Shown here piece after piece: positions 50,969 through 61,550 of a DNA stretch of 64,000 nucleotides (the first letter of the stretch is position 1; every line of letters starts with the position of its first letter). The position numbers and the translations under genes are program-made. Below the pieces are notes generated by a model. The model saw only the letters and a program-made list of their open reading frames with translations. It was not told the DNA's origin and ran no database searches. The stretch comes from an uncultured Gemmatimonadales bacterium (lineage in GTDB: Bacteria; Gemmatimonadota; Gemmatimonadetes; Gemmatimonadales; GWC2-71-9): assembly GCA_963828735.1 (NCBI GenBank), contig CAWHFW010000001.1:96001-160000 (forward strand). The letters run 5' to 3'.

Positions 50969-52785
50969 TTGGCTCCATTCAGGTGCGAGAGGATGCGTTC
51001 GGCGAGACGGGTCGAAAGGCCTGGCACGGTCGCGAGCTCGGAGACGGAGGCGGATTTCACGCCCGCCAGACTGCCGAATCGCTCGAGCAGCTGGCGGCGG
51101 CGGTTGGGACCGACGCCGGGAATGTTGAGCAGCTCGGAGGTGATCGTGCGCGTCGTGCGGCGCTGCCGGTTGTAGGCGAGCCCGAAGCGGTGCGCCTCGT
51201 CTCGCGCGCGCTGCAGGAGGCGAAGCGAGGGGCTCCGGCGCGAGAGGCGAAGACTCTCGGCCCGTCCGGGGACGAACACCTCCTCCTCGCGCTTGGCCAA
51301 GCTCACCATCGGAATCGGGCCGAGCCCCAGCTTGTCCATCGCGTCGAGCGCGGCGTTCAGCTGTCCCTTCCCGCCATCGATGACGATGAGATCCGGCAGG
51401 GGAAGCGCTTCGTCGCGGCGGCGCGTGAGGTAGCGGGTGATGACCTCGTGAATCGCCGCGAAATCATCCTGCTGGCCCAGGCCCTTGATCTTGAATTTGC
51501 GGTACTCGCTCTTCTTGGGCCGGCCGGCCTCGAACCAGACCAGCGATCCGACCGTGTCCTTTCCCTGGTTGTGCGAGATGTCCACACAGACCAGGCTCCG
51601 CGGCACGACGCTGAGTCCCAGGTCGCGGCCGAGCGCATACACCGGATCCTCGGCGCGCTCCTCGGTCTCGAACGACTCGATCCGAAGGCTCTCGAGCAGG
51701 TGCCTGGCATTCGTGTCGGCGAGCTCGAGCCAGCGGTGTGCGGTGCCCCGTTGCGGTACGGTCCAGTCCGAGTCCGGCAACAACTCGCGCAGCGCATCCC
51801 AGTCGTCCGGCGGAAACGGGATCACTACCCGCCGGGTCCGCGATTCGGCCGGCACGTAGTAGCGCGCCAGGAACGCGCTGAGGACGGCCCCATCCTGCTC
51901 CTCCTCGAGCCCCTCGAGGAAGCGGTGTTCGCGGCCGACGACGCGTCCCCCGCGCACGCGCACGAGCACGCCGACGGCGTCGTCGCCGTCGCGCGCGTAG
52001 CCCACGACGTCCGCGTCGCCGGTGCCGATGACCTCGACGCTGACCGGCTCATCGAGACGCTCGAGCCAGCGCAGGGCATCGCGCATGTCCTTGGCCCGCT
52101 CGAAGTTCTCCCGATCGCTCGCGGCCTTCATGGCCTCGCGCACCTTCTGCCGCACGTCGACAGTCCGTCCGTCGAGGAAGTCCACCACGTCGTCGACCAT
52201 CCGGCGGTAGTCGGCCTCGGTCTGCCATCCCACACACGGCGCCTGACACCGGCCGATGTGGTAATCGAGGCATGGGCGCTCACGCCGCTCGGCGGGCAGG
52301 TCGTCCGGACAGCTCCGCACGGTGTAGAGTCGACGGATGATCGCGAGCGTCCGCCGAAGCTGACCCACGTCGGTATAGGGCCCGTAGTAGCGCGCCCCGG
52401 GGATGTCGCGCCGCCGCGTGACGATCACCCGCGGGAACGGGTCCGCGAGCGTCACCGCGATGGACGGATAGCTCTTGTCGTCCTTGAGCCGCACGTTGAA
52501 CCGCGGCCGGTACTCCTTGATGAGGTTGTTCTCGAGGATGAGCGACTGCGCCTCGGACGCGACGATGATCGTCTCGACATCGGCGATCAGGCGCTGGAGC
52601 AGGCGATTCTTCGGACTGGCGTCGAAATCCGTGGCGAAGTAGCTGCGGACCCGCTGCTTCAGGCGCTTGGCCTTGCCCACGTACAACACGTCCCCCGTCG
52701 CGCCCTTCCACAGGTAGACGCCGGGGCCCTCGGGGAGCGTGTCGAGCTTGCGTTGAAGCGCGTCGGGAATGCGTGGTGCCGTCAT
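50965..52785 (-). CDS. uvrC: Excinuclease ABC subunit C
   Basis: GIY-YIG PGVYLW..YVGKAK, DISH, IDGGKGQL, RDEAHRF, HhH IPGVG. Confidence 0.98.
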   Translation of the reverse strand: MTAPRIPDALQRKLDTLPEGPGVYLWKGATGDVLYVGKAKRLKQRVRSYFATDFDASPKNRLLQRLIADVETIIVASEAQSLILENNLIKEYRPRFNVRLKDDKSYPSIAVTLADPFPRVIVTRRRDIPGARYYGPYTDVGQLRRTLAIIRRLYTVRSCPDDLPAERRERPCLDYHIGRCQAPCVGWQTEADYRRMVDDVVDFLDGRTVDVRQKVREAMKAASDRENFERAKDMRDALRWLERLDEPVSVEVIGTGDADVVGYARDGDDAVGVLVRVRGGRVVGREHRFLEGLEEEQDGAVLSAFLARYYVPAESRTRRVVIPFPPDDWDALRELLPDSDWTVPQRGTAHRWLELADTNARHLLESLRIESFETEERAEDPVYALGRDLGLSVVPRSLVCVDISHNQGKDTVGSLVWFEAGRPKKSEYRKFKIKGLGQQDDFAAIHEVITRYLTRRRDEALPLPDLIVIDGGKGQLNAALDAMDKLGLGPIPMVSLAKREEEVFVPGRAESLRLSRRSPSLRLLQRARDEAHRFGLAYNRQRRTTRTITSELLNIPGVGPNRRRQLLERFGSLAGVKSASVSELATVPGLSTRLAERILSHLNGAK

Positions 52786-52800
52786 GAGCGATGCCGCTGG

Positions 52801-54360
52801 TTAACCCGCCGGCTCGGCCCGTGGTTCCCCGGGGCGGAGGCGGCGCATCACGGCCCGTGCCTCACGTATGCCGAGACGGTCAGTCACCAGAAAATACACC
52901 CCTCCATAGACGGTCAGGACCACGAGCGCCGCCACGATCGGATGGGCGGTCGGCATCGCCCGCCGAACGCCCCAGCCGATGCCTGCGGCGAGGAGGGCCG
53001 CCCCCCAGAGCCGCGCCACGAGCCCGGCGGCGAGTCCGGTCTTCCCGATGCGCCGGTTGAGCGCCCGCCGAAGCAGGAGGAACTCGATCCAGCCGGCGAT
53101 CCCCGCCGACGCCGTCAGGCCGGCGGCGCCCCAGCGCGCCTCGACGCCCAGCGCTCGCGGGAGCGGCAGCGCGAACAGGTATCCCAGCCCGATGGTGAGC
53201 GCCACCCGGAGCACGGCGAACCGCAGGGGCGTCCGGGTGTCGTGCATCGCGTAGAACGTCGAGGCGTAGAGTCGGCCCATCGTCGAGGCGAGCAGGCCCA
53301 CGGCGGACCCGGCCAGGATGCCCCAGACGTATATGGTCATCCCGCGAGTGAAGGCGCCCGACTGGTAGAGCGCGCCGGCGATGAGGTCGCCGAGGGCGAG
53401 AAAGGCCATCGCCGACGGGACGACCAAAAAGGCGATCTGGCGGAGCCCGGCCGAGAGCCGGCTCCGGAGCTGGGCCGCGCGCTCGGACTCGGTCCCGAGC
53501 GCGCTCGCCATCGCGGGCAGCTCCGCGGCGGAGACCGACATGCCGAACAGGCTCACCGGCAGCGTGTAGATCACCTGTGCGTACGACAGACCGGCCACGG
53601 CACCGGTCGGCAGCAAGCTCGCGAGGACGGTGTCTACGTAGGCGCTGATCTGCACCACGCCCCGGCCGATGAACACGGGCCCGAAGTTTCGCAGCACCAG
53701 GCCCACCTGCTCGGAGCCCCGCTCGAGGCGCGGCCGGATGCCCGCGAGCAGCTTCGCGACCGTCGGAAGCTGCACGCCGAGCTGCAGCAGGCTGCCCGCC
53801 ACGGACCCCCAGGCGGCGATCTCCGCGAGCCGGTACGGCTCCCTGCCCCGCCCGAACGCCACGAGGCTGGCGATAATCGCCAGGTTCCACAGGACGGGCG
53901 CGGCGTAGCTGAGGAAGAAGCGTCGGTGGCTGTTGAGGACGCCCAGGCACCAGGCCGAGAGGACCAGGAGTCCGGCGCCCGGAAAGAGGATGCGGACCAG
54001 CCGGATGGTGGCGTCCCGCTTCTCGCCCTCGAAGCCGGGCGCGATGACGGCGATGAGCCAGGGGGTCGCCAGGACTCCCACCAGCACGAGCGCCGCCGTG
54101 ACGATGCCGAGCAGCGCCGCCACCGCGCCGGCGACCCGTTCGGCTTCCGCGTCCTCCCCTCGCGCGCGAAGTCCCGCATAGACGGGGATGAAGGAGGCCG
54201 AGAGCACTCCTTCGCCAAAGAGATTCTGGAGAAAATTGGGAATTCGGAACGCCGCGTTGAACGCGTCGGCCGCGTCGGACGTGCCGAAGTAGTGGGCGAA
54301 GACGCGATTTCGGACCAGACCGACGAGGCGGCTGAGGAGGATCCCCGCCGCCACCATCAC
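52801..54360 (-). CDS. murJ: Lipid II flippase
   Basis: SRLVGLVR, DAFNAAFRIPNFLQNLFGEG, FYAMHDTRTP. Confidence 0.95.
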   Translation of the reverse strand: MMVAAGILLSRLVGLVRNRVFAHYFGTSDAADAFNAAFRIPNFLQNLFGEGVLSASFIPVYAGLRARGEDAEAERVAGAVAALLGIVTAALVLVGVLATPWLIAVIAPGFEGEKRDATIRLVRILFPGAGLLVLSAWCLGVLNSHRRFFLSYAAPVLWNLAIIASLVAFGRGREPYRLAEIAAWGSVAGSLLQLGVQLPTVAKLLAGIRPRLERGSEQVGLVLRNFGPVFIGRGVVQISAYVDTVLASLLPTGAVAGLSYAQVIYTLPVSLFGMSVSAAELPAMASALGTESERAAQLRSRLSAGLRQIAFLVVPSAMAFLALGDLIAGALYQSGAFTRGMTIYVWGILAGSAVGLLASTMGRLYASTFYAMHDTRTPLRFAVLRVALTIGLGYLFALPLPRALGVEARWGAAGLTASAGIAGWIEFLLLRRALNRRIGKTGLAAGLVARLWGAALLAAGIGWGVRRAMPTAHPIVAALVVLTVYGGVYFLVTDRLGIREARAVMRRLRPGEPRAEPAG

Positions 54361-54392
54361 CGCCGGTCTGGTGGTGCGACGCGCGGGCGCGG

Positions 54393-54671
54393 TCAGGACC
54401 CGGGCGTGGGTGGAAGGGTGGAGCGCGACGGGTCCGCCAGCAGCCGCTGGAGGAAGGCGTTCTCGTCCTGAAGGGTTTGGAGGTTCCGGTTGAGGTCGTC
54501 CACCTCGGCCTCGAGCAGGTCGACCCGCTTGGCCAGCGTCGCGACGTCCGGGGGAGTCGTCTGCGGGCCTTCCAGCCGCCGCGCCAAGGCCCGCCCGATG
54601 GGCGAGTCCACTACGATCCCAAGAATCGGAATGAGCAGGGCGACGAGCAGGAAGAGCGCGATGACCGACAT
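54393..54671 (-). CDS. Small hypothetical protein (TM + coiled coil)
   Basis: N-terminal TM, DSPIGRALARR, heptad C-terminus; has its own promoter. Confidence 0.75.
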   Translation of the reverse strand: MSVIALFLLVALLIPILGIVVDSPIGRALARRLEGPQTTPPDVATLAKRVDLLEAEVDDLNRNLQTLQDENAFLQRLLADPSRSTLPPTPGS

Positions 54672-54677
54672 ACGTCG

Positions 54678-54706
54678 AGTCTACGCGCGTTCCGACGGCC
54701 CTTCAA
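54678..54706 (-). promoter_or_regulatory. Leaderless sigma70 promoter
   Basis: TTGAAG-N17-TAGACT-N6-ATG(54671). Confidence 0.6.
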
Positions 54707-56210
54707 GGGCGCCGCGATACCAGGCCTCGAACGCGTCGGTAAGCTCCGTGAGCAGGACCGAGCCATGGCGGGCGAGGAACGGGGCGATGGTCAGGACGCG
54801 CTCCTGCGGCTTGCCGCCGGGCATCACGGCCGTGCGCGCGCGCGCGAGCTGGCCGAGCTCCGTTTCCTGACGCTTCTTGAGGTGCTGCACCAGCTTCTTC
54901 TCGATGTCCTGCGTGCCCATCTGGGCTTGCTGGCGTACGGCCTGTGTGGGGCGGGCGAGGGTCGGATCGATGTCGGTCGCCGCTCGCTCGAGCACGCCAT
55001 AGCCCTCCTCGACGGCGGCGCGGATGCGCTCGAGGGCCTCGCCCACCTCGGCGGGGAGCTGCGCCCGCACCACGCGCGCTTCGACCGCGCCCGGCGGGAG
55101 GAACAGGTCGGCCAGCGTCAAGCCGAACTTCTCGAGCACGCGATCCACCTTGGGCTCGACGATCACGCCTGACCACCGTGGCAGCGGAAGCTGCCGGAGG
55201 ATGCCCAGCCGCTGGTAGACGGGCGGCGTCAGCGCCAAATATCGGAGCTCTCCCGGTCCGCCGAGGTAGGCGACCGTCGGCAGCAACGCGCTCTCGATGG
55301 CCGGGCGGAGGAGCACGTTGGGAGAGAGGCGGATGGGCTCGTCGCTCGCGAGCCGCTCGATGTCGGTCAACCGGAATCGCTCACGGCTTCGCCGGGTCAG
55401 GAACGCATCGCCGTCCTGCACCAGGCGGTCCCGCCCGAGCGAGGCCTCGACCATCACGAGTGCCGCGCCATCCCCCACCGTGATCCCCGACGTTCGGGAC
55501 GTCACGCCGCGGGCCTCCGCCCACCGGTCCAGATCTTCGTCGAGCGCGCGCGCCTCGCTGAGCGCCCGGACCAGGTGCGGCGCCATCGCCCGCTTGGCGG
55601 CCGGGTGAGTGCAGTCGAAGCAGAGGACGCCGAGGGGTCCGAGCAGCTCGGCCATGGCGGCGGCGTAGCTTCCCGCGACCGTCGCCTCGGGTCGGTAGTG
55701 CCGCGCGAGCCAGGCGAGGGTCGCGTCGCGGAACTCGGAGGTCGGCAGGCCGGCCGCGAGCATGTCGAGCGCCGGAACGACGCCCTCGCCCAGCGGCTGA
55801 CGGTACATCGGCGTGAGGGGCGCGTCGGACGGTCTCGGCGGCAGCGAGGCCGTCGTCAGCGATCCGTCGGCCGCGAGCCAGGAAGCCGTACTCGCCTCGG
55901 CGTAGTCGTGATCGTCGCCCGCGAGCCAGAAGATGGGGACGACCGGGCGATTCCAGCGTCCCTCGAGCTGCCGTGCCAGGGCGGCGGCGCTGAGGGCCTT
56001 GTGCACGGTGTAGAGCGGCCCCGTGAACAGGCCAGGCTGCTGCCCCGTCGTGACGGCCAGAGCGCCGGGCTGCTGAAGCCTGGACAGCTGCGGCGCGCTG
56101 GTGGCAGACGGCACGAACGCCGGGGCGAGGGCGGCGTCGAAGCCACCTGGGCGCGGTGCGGGCAGCTCGAGCGGATGCTCGAGCGGGGTCGCCACGAATC
56201 GGAGGGTCAC
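54681..56210 (-). CDS. bshC: Bacillithiol cysteine-adding enzyme
   Basis: VTTGQQPGLFTGPLYTVHKA, PIFWLAGDDHD, SPNVLLRP, PTVAYLGGPGELRY, PQERV. Confidence 0.93.
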   Translation of the reverse strand: MTLRFVATPLEHPLELPAPRPGGFDAALAPAFVPSATSAPQLSRLQQPGALAVTTGQQPGLFTGPLYTVHKALSAAALARQLEGRWNRPVVPIFWLAGDDHDYAEASTASWLAADGSLTTASLPPRPSDAPLTPMYRQPLGEGVVPALDMLAAGLPTSEFRDATLAWLARHYRPEATVAGSYAAAMAELLGPLGVLCFDCTHPAAKRAMAPHLVRALSEARALDEDLDRWAEARGVTSRTSGITVGDGAALVMVEASLGRDRLVQDGDAFLTRRSRERFRLTDIERLASDEPIRLSPNVLLRPAIESALLPTVAYLGGPGELRYLALTPPVYQRLGILRQLPLPRWSGVIVEPKVDRVLEKFGLTLADLFLPPGAVEARVVRAQLPAEVGEALERIRAAVEEGYGVLERAATDIDPTLARPTQAVRQQAQMGTQDIEKKLVQHLKKRQETELGQLARARTAVMPGGKPQERVLTIAPFLARHGSVLLTELTDAFEAWYRGALEGPSERA

Positions 56211-56923
56211 GCCGCCTGCCCGATCAGGATCGTACGTGGCGAGTCCGGGAGGAGCGGCGTCGCATCGTAGTCGCCATACCGCTGGCGCACGGTGACGCCG
56301 GCGGCGCCCAGCATCGCCTCGATCTCCCCCGCCCCGAACAGCCGGACGCGCTCGGAGAAACGCCGGCCCGTCGGCGTTCTGATGCTCTTGCAGACGTAGC
56401 GCCCGTCGGAAGACACCGAGCGCTCCACCTCCACCTCGCCCCCGTCGAGCCGCCGGGTTTCCCGGGGTACCAGGCGGGATCGCACGGCACGGGCGTTCAG
56501 GAAATCGATCACGAACCAGCCCGCGGGCCGCACGGTCGAGACCATTTCACCGAGGGCCATGGCGTGCTCCGCGTCGTGATCGAAGTAGCCGAAGCTGGTG
56601 AAGAGGTTGACGGTGAGGTCCATGGAGGCCGGTCGAACGGGGAGGGCGCGCATATCGGCTCGGATGAGCGGCGCGCTGGTGACGCCGCGCGCGACGCGCA
56701 GCAGCGCGGCAGAGAGATCGAGCCCGACGCACCAGGCGCCCGCCTCCTTGAAGGCGGACGCATGGCGCCCCGCGCCGCAGGCCACGTCGAGGATGCGCCA
56801 GCCGGTGCGGAATCCCACCCGATCGAGGATGAGCGACGCCGCCCGTTCGGCCTCGGCGGCGTCGCGGTGCGGGTAGAGCTGGAGGTACTCCTCCCCGAAC
56901 CACTCTTCGAACCATTCCGTCAT
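56207..56923 (-). CDS. Class I SAM-dependent methyltransferase (candidate N-methyl-bacillithiol synthase)
   Basis: ILDVACGAGRH, GLDLS, ADMR, NLFTSFGYF; stop overlaps the bshC start. Confidence 0.85.
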   Translation of the reverse strand: MTEWFEEWFGEEYLQLYPHRDAAEAERAASLILDRVGFRTGWRILDVACGAGRHASAFKEAGAWCVGLDLSAALLRVARGVTSAPLIRADMRALPVRPASMDLTVNLFTSFGYFDHDAEHAMALGEMVSTVRPAGWFVIDFLNARAVRSRLVPRETRRLDGGEVEVERSVSSDGRYVCKSIRTPTGRRFSERVRLFGAGEIEAMLGAAGVTVRQRYGDYDATPLLPDSPRTILIGQAA

Positions 56924-57396
56924 CCGCGCACACCCGCGCCCTTGTGGTAGGGCTCCCCGCGCAGAATGGTGGCCGCGCGATACAGCTGCTCCGCCACCAC
57001 GACCCGCGCGAGCTCGTGCGGCAGGGTGAGCGGGCCGAGACTCCAGCGGTCGTTCGCGGCGGCCAGCAGATCGGCCGCCAGGCCGTGCGAGCCGCCGATC
57101 GTGAGCGTCACGGCGCGGGCCTCACGCTGCCACCGCTCCAGCTGCCGCGCCAGTTCCTCGCTGCTCCACGCGGTTCCCTCCCGGGCCAACGCCACCAGCC
57201 GCGAGCCGGCGGGCCGCCTCGCCAGCAGGCGGTCGCGCTCCTCGGCACGCTGGGCCTCCACCGTCGGCGCGTGGCTCGCCTCGCGCACCTCGATCTCCCG
57301 CAGCTTGACGGTGCGCCCGAGGCGCTGGAGGTAGTCGTCGCACGCCTCGCGATAGCTCGGGCGCAGCTTGCCGACGGCCAGCAGGACCAGTTCCAT
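56920..57396 (-). CDS. rlmH: 23S rRNA (pseudouridine1915-N3)-methyltransferase
   Basis: AVGKL, IGGSHG, LTLPHELARVVVAEQLYRA, EPYHK. Confidence 0.96.
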   Translation of the reverse strand: MELVLLAVGKLRPSYREACDDYLQRLGRTVKLREIEVREASHAPTVEAQRAEERDRLLARRPAGSRLVALAREGTAWSSEELARQLERWQREARAVTLTIGGSHGLAADLLAAANDRWSLGPLTLPHELARVVVAEQLYRAATILRGEPYHKGAGVRG

Positions 57397-57421
57397 GGGC
57401 GCCCCGGCCGGTCACGCCATT

Positions 57422-58723
57422 CTACGCGTACATGCCCCGCAGCCGGTGCACTGCCGCCACCCGCTCGATCGCCTGCATGTACGCGCCGATGCGGGTGTTC
57501 ACCGAGTGCTTGCCCGCCATGCCGACCACCTCGTCGAACGACTGCACCATGATCCGCTCGAGCCGCTGATTGACGGTCTCCTCGTCCCAGAAGTACCCGC
57601 CGCGATCCTGCACCCACTCGAAATAGCTGACCGTCACGCCGCCCGCGTTCGCGAGGATGTCGGGAATGACGAACACGCCCTTCTCCTCGAGAATCCGGTC
57701 GGCGTTGGCGGTGGTGGGACCGTTGGCGCCCTCGCAGATGATGCGGGCCTTCACGTCGCGCGCGTTCTGACTGGTGATGACATTCTCCAGCGCGGCAGGC
57801 ACGAGCACGTCGCAATCGAGCGTGAGCACCTGGTCGTTCGCGATGTGCTCGGCCTCCTTGTACTCGCTCAGGAACCGGTGCTGCTTCACGTGCTGCTGGA
57901 CCTCGCGAATCCGGAGGCCCTTGGGGTTGTAGACCCCGCCGGACTTGTCGCTCACCGCGACGACGGTGAGCCCCAGCTCCTCCATGAGCTGCGCGGCGAT
58001 GGAGCCGACGTTGCCGAAGCCCTGGACCGCCACGCGCGTGCCCTTGATGGGCAGGCCGAGCTTCTTGAGCGCCTCGCGGGTCATGAGCATGCAGCCGCGG
58101 CCAGTCGCCTCGCGCCGGCCGAGGGACCCGCCCATCTCCACGGGCTTGCCGGTGACCACGGCGGTCACCGTGTGGCGCTTGTGCATGGAGTACGTATCCA
58201 TGATCCACGCCATCATCCGCTCGTTCGTGTTCACGTCCGGCGCCGGCACGTCGGAGTCGGGGCCCAGGGTCTCGATGATGGCGGAGGTGTAGCGGCGGGT
58301 GATGCGCTCGAGCTCGGCGAGGGAGAGGTTGGGCGGGTCGCAGACCACGCCACCCTTGGCGCCGCCGAAGGGGATATTGACCACCGCGCACTTCCACGTC
58401 ATCCACGCCGCCAGCGCCTTCACCTCGTCGAGGGTCACATTCATGTCGAAGCGGATGCCGCCCTTCGCCGGCCCTCGGCTCGTGTTGTAGAGCACGCGGT
58501 AGCCGGTGAACACCTCGACCTCGCCCGAGTCGCGCGGGATGGGCACGCTCACGATGATCTGCTTCTCCGGGCTCCGCAGCACCTTGTAGAGCCCGGGATC
58601 CAGGCTCAGGCGCTGCGCCGCGTAGTCGAAGCGGGACATCATGGCCTCGAACGGATTCTCCTCGTTGAGGAAGGTGTCCTTCTCCGGGCGGATGAGAAGA
58701 GAGGGGCGGCTGACGGTGCTCAT
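57422..58723 (-). CDS. gdhA: Glu/Leu/Phe/Val dehydrogenase (likely glutamate dehydrogenase)
   Basis: [44 protein letters not shown]. Confidence 0.93.
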   Translation of the reverse strand: MSTVSRPSLLIRPEKDTFLNEENPFEAMMSRFDYAAQRLSLDPGLYKVLRSPEKQIIVSVPIPRDSGEVEVFTGYRVLYNTSRGPAKGGIRFDMNVTLDEVKALAAWMTWKCAVVNIPFGGAKGGVVCDPPNLSLAELERITRRYTSAIIETLGPDSDVPAPDVNTNERMMAWIMDTYSMHKRHTVTAVVTGKPVEMGGSLGRREATGRGCMLMTREALKKLGLPIKGTRVAVQGFGNVGSIAAQLMEELGLTVVAVSDKSGGVYNPKGLRIREVQQHVKQHRFLSEYKEAEHIANDQVLTLDCDVLVPAALENVITSQNARDVKARIICEGANGPTTANADRILEEKGVFVIPDILANAGGVTVSYFEWVQDRGGYFWDEETVNQRLERIMVQSFDEVVGMAGKHSVNTRIGAYMQAIERVAAVHRLRGMYA

Positions 58724-58751
58724 AGGATGTCCGGGTTGCTCCGAAAACGAG

Positions 58752-59792
58752 TTACAGTTGGTCGACGGGGGTGACGACGGCGTCCAGCACGGCGACGATG
58801 GCCTCGCCGCCCTCTTCCCAGGTCAGGTCCAGCAGGGCCACCAGCGGCTCCGGCACCGCCGCGGGCCAGCGGTCGCGCAGCTTCACCGCGTCCTTCTGCG
58901 TGATCACGACGTGGTCGGCGCGGCGGGCGGCGTGGGCCAGCCAGGCGACGTCCTCGTCGCGGTAGTCGTGATGATCCTTCCACGTGGCCACCTGCACCGC
59001 TGCCCCCGTGGCCTTCGTCTGGGCGACGAAGGCGTCCGGGTCCGCGATGCCCGAGGCCGCGACCACGCGCTTCCCAGCCAGGGTATCCGCGGGGCGTCGG
59101 ATTCCGCTGACCAGCCCCTCGAGGGTGCCGAGGCCGAGGTGAGCGACGGCCACCGGACCACTCACCTGGCTCTCGAGTTGGCGCGCGAGCGCCTGGGCCG
59201 CTTCGGGCGTGGCCCGCTTCCGCGTCACGATGACCGCATCGGCGCGGCCGAGCGCGTCCCAGCCCTCGCGCCATGGCCCCGCGGGCAGCGGCCAGCGCAC
59301 CGCCCGGGTCGTCTCGGCGCTCATGACGAGGAGATTGAGGTCCCGATGGACGTCGAGCCGCTGATAGGCATCGTCCAGCACCAGCACCTGGGCTCCGCCG
59401 GCGAGGGCGCGTTCGGCGCCGGCCACGCGGTCCGGGTCGGCCACTACGACCGCCTCGGGGACGGAGTGCTGGTGTACCAGGGTCTCGTCGTTGCCGTGCC
59501 CGCGGAGCAGGATACCGGGCCGGAGGCCGCGAGCGACGTAGTGGCGCGCGATCCACGTGGCGATCGGCGTCTTGCCCGATCCGCCAACGGTCAGGTTTCC
59601 GACCGCGACCGAGGGCAGCGGTAGGTCCCGGGTCGCGAACCAGCCCTGCCGATAGGCTAGCCGGCGGGTGTCCATGGCGAGGCGCCAGAGCCCCGACGCC
59701 GGCAGCAACGCCAGGCGGGCCAGGCGCGCGTCGGGGCGCCGGCTGGTCCACAGCCAGCGCATGACCCGGTGCGTGTCTCCCCGTCGGCTCAT
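58752..59792 (-). CDS. lpxK: Tetraacyldisaccharide 4'-kinase
   Basis: [39 protein letters not shown]. Confidence 0.95.
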   Translation of the reverse strand: MSRRGDTHRVMRWLWTSRRPDARLARLALLPASGLWRLAMDTRRLAYRQGWFATRDLPLPSVAVGNLTVGGSGKTPIATWIARHYVARGLRPGILLRGHGNDETLVHQHSVPEAVVVADPDRVAGAERALAGGAQVLVLDDAYQRLDVHRDLNLLVMSAETTRAVRWPLPAGPWREGWDALGRADAVIVTRKRATPEAAQALARQLESQVSGPVAVAHLGLGTLEGLVSGIRRPADTLAGKRVVAASGIADPDAFVAQTKATGAAVQVATWKDHHDYRDEDVAWLAHAARRADHVVITQKDAVKLRDRWPAAVPEPLVALLDLTWEEGGEAIVAVLDAVVTPVDQL

Positions 59793-59799
59793 CGGCGTC

Positions 59800-60429
59800 T
59801 CACTCCCCCGCACCCGCGATCTCGGTCAACCGGGCCTCCGCCTCGCTCAATCCGGCCGCGAGGCCGTCCTCGCCAGGCGCGACCTCAAAGGGGCGACCGT
59901 AGGTGACCAGGACGCGCGCGCCGAACTTGGGAATCATGAAGCGGTCCCACGAATCTAACCGCCACGCCCGCTCGGTCTGGGCGTGCACCGGGACGATGAT
60001 GCCGCCGCCGCGCTGGGCGGCCGCGACCACTCCTGGCTTCAACTGGCGCCGCGGGCCACGCGGACCGTCCGGCGTGAACGCGACCGAATACCCCGCCCGG
60101 AGCTCGCGTACGGCGCCCAGCAATGCCCGCGCGGCACCACGCGTGCTGGAGCCCCGCACGGCCCGGTAACCGAGCGACGCCGCGAAATCGACGAGGTACT
60201 GTCCCTCGCGCGCCTTGCTCACCACGAGCGCGACCGATTGGCGCCGGTGCTGCCACAGAAGCGGCAGCATGACCTCGTGCCAGAGCAGGAACACGACCGG
60301 CCGACGAGCCTCGCGGAGCGGCCGCCATCGCTCCTCGCCCGCGGTGCGGATGCGCCACGACGCGGCGAGGACTCTGAGCGCCGGCCCGGCCACCACGCGC
60401 GCGGTCGAGGGCGGGACCTTGAGTCTCAC
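59800..60429 (-). CDS. DUF374 acyltransferase (LpxJ-like candidate)
   Basis: LWH, VRGSSTRG, FTPDGPRGP, SWDRFMIP; located between lpxB and lpxK. Confidence 0.8.
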   Translation of the reverse strand: MRLKVPPSTARVVAGPALRVLAASWRIRTAGEERWRPLREARRPVVFLLWHEVMLPLLWQHRRQSVALVVSKAREGQYLVDFAASLGYRAVRGSSTRGAARALLGAVRELRAGYSVAFTPDGPRGPRRQLKPGVVAAAQRGGGIIVPVHAQTERAWRLDSWDRFMIPKFGARVLVTYGRPFEVAPGEDGLAAGLSEAEARLTEIAGAGE

Positions 60430-61550
60430 GTGCCGAGCAGCTCGTCGGCCAGCGCGACCACGCGCGTCGTCGCGCCCGGCTCGCCGAGCCGTTGCCGCAC
60501 GAGCGCGAGCCCCTCGCGCTGCGCGATCGTGCGCGGGTCGCCCGCATCGAGGAGCGGCCGCAGCGCGTCGGCCAGGGGCCCGGCCTCCGCTCGATCCTGC
60601 AGGATCTCGGGAACCACCTCGCGCTCGGCGACCAGATTGACCAGGCTCACCCATCGGACGGTCCGCACTCGCTGAAACATGCGCCACGTGAGCGGGTGGA
60701 CCTTGTAGGCCACCACCATCGGCACATCCGCGAGCGCGGCCTCGAGGGTCGTCGTGCCCGACTTGGCCAGCGCCGCATCGGCCACCGCGAAGACCGGGAT
60801 GGGATCGCCGCGGATGATCTGGAGCGGCCCCGGGTCGGGATACTCGCCGCCGTCCGTGCCCGCGACCACGACCCGGTCGCATCGGCCCTCGTCGAGCAGC
60901 CGGCGCGCCGCATCGCGAAACGGAAGCCACAGCCGCCGGATCTCCTGAGTCCTGCTGCCCGGAAAGATGCCGAGGACGCGGCTGTCGGCCGGGATGCCGA
61001 GCTTCCGGCGGGCATCCGCGCGGGTGGGCCAGAGGCCGCGATCCACCAGCGGATGTCCGACGTAGTCGCTGCGGAGGCCGAGCTGGCCGAAGAACCGCTG
61101 CTCGAAGGGGAGCACCACGGCGAGCCGGTCCACCGCGGACGCGAACCGGCGGGCGCGTCCCGGCCGCCAGGCCCAGAGCTGGGGCGCAATGTAGTAGAGC
61201 ACCTTCGTCTCCGCCCGCCGCGCCGCCTCGGCCACGCGGATGTGAAACCCCGGATAGTCGATGAGGATGACCAGGTCGTAGCGGCGCGCTCGGAAGTCGG
61301 CCTGGAGCGCACGGAGGAGCCGGACGTGCGCTCCGAGCTTCGTGACCACTTCTACCAAGCCGAAAGCGGCCAGGCCTTCCATCGGGTAGCGGATGGTCGC
61401 CCCGGCGGCGGCCATGCGGGGCCCGCCAACGGCCTCGATGATCGCGTCCGGATGACGACGCCTCAGCGCCTCGACCACCCCTGCGCCATGGAGATCGCCC
61501 GAGGGCTCGCCGGCGGAGACGAGGATGCGCGGGGCCTGCCGGGCGATCAT
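60426..61550 (-). CDS. lpxB: Lipid-A-disaccharide synthase
   Basis: AGEPSGDLHG, IDYPGF, PQLWAWR, VGHP, PGSR, KSGTTTLE. Confidence 0.97.
   Translation of the reverse strand: MIARQAPRILVSAGEPSGDLHGAGVVEALRRRHPDAIIEAVGGPRMAAAGATIRYPMEGLAAFGLVEVVTKLGAHVRLLRALQADFRARRYDLVILIDYPGFHIRVAEAARRAETKVLYYIAPQLWAWRPGRARRFASAVDRLAVVLPFEQRFFGQLGLRSDYVGHPLVDRGLWPTRADARRKLGIPADSRVLGIFPGSRTQEIRRLWLPFRDAARRLLDEGRCDRVVVAGTDGGEYPDPGPLQIIRGDPIPVFAVADAALAKSGTTTLEAALADVPMVVAYKVHPLTWRMFQRVRTVRWVSLVNLVAEREVVPEILQDRAEAGPLADALRPLLDAGDPRTIAQREGLALVRQRLGEPGATTRVVALADELLGT

Noticed and set aside
50983..54471. 1162 aa + strand ORF and many other long Arg/Ala/Pro-rich ORFs
   Set aside because: Antisense or off-frame shadows of real genes (here uvrC/murJ), expected at high GC
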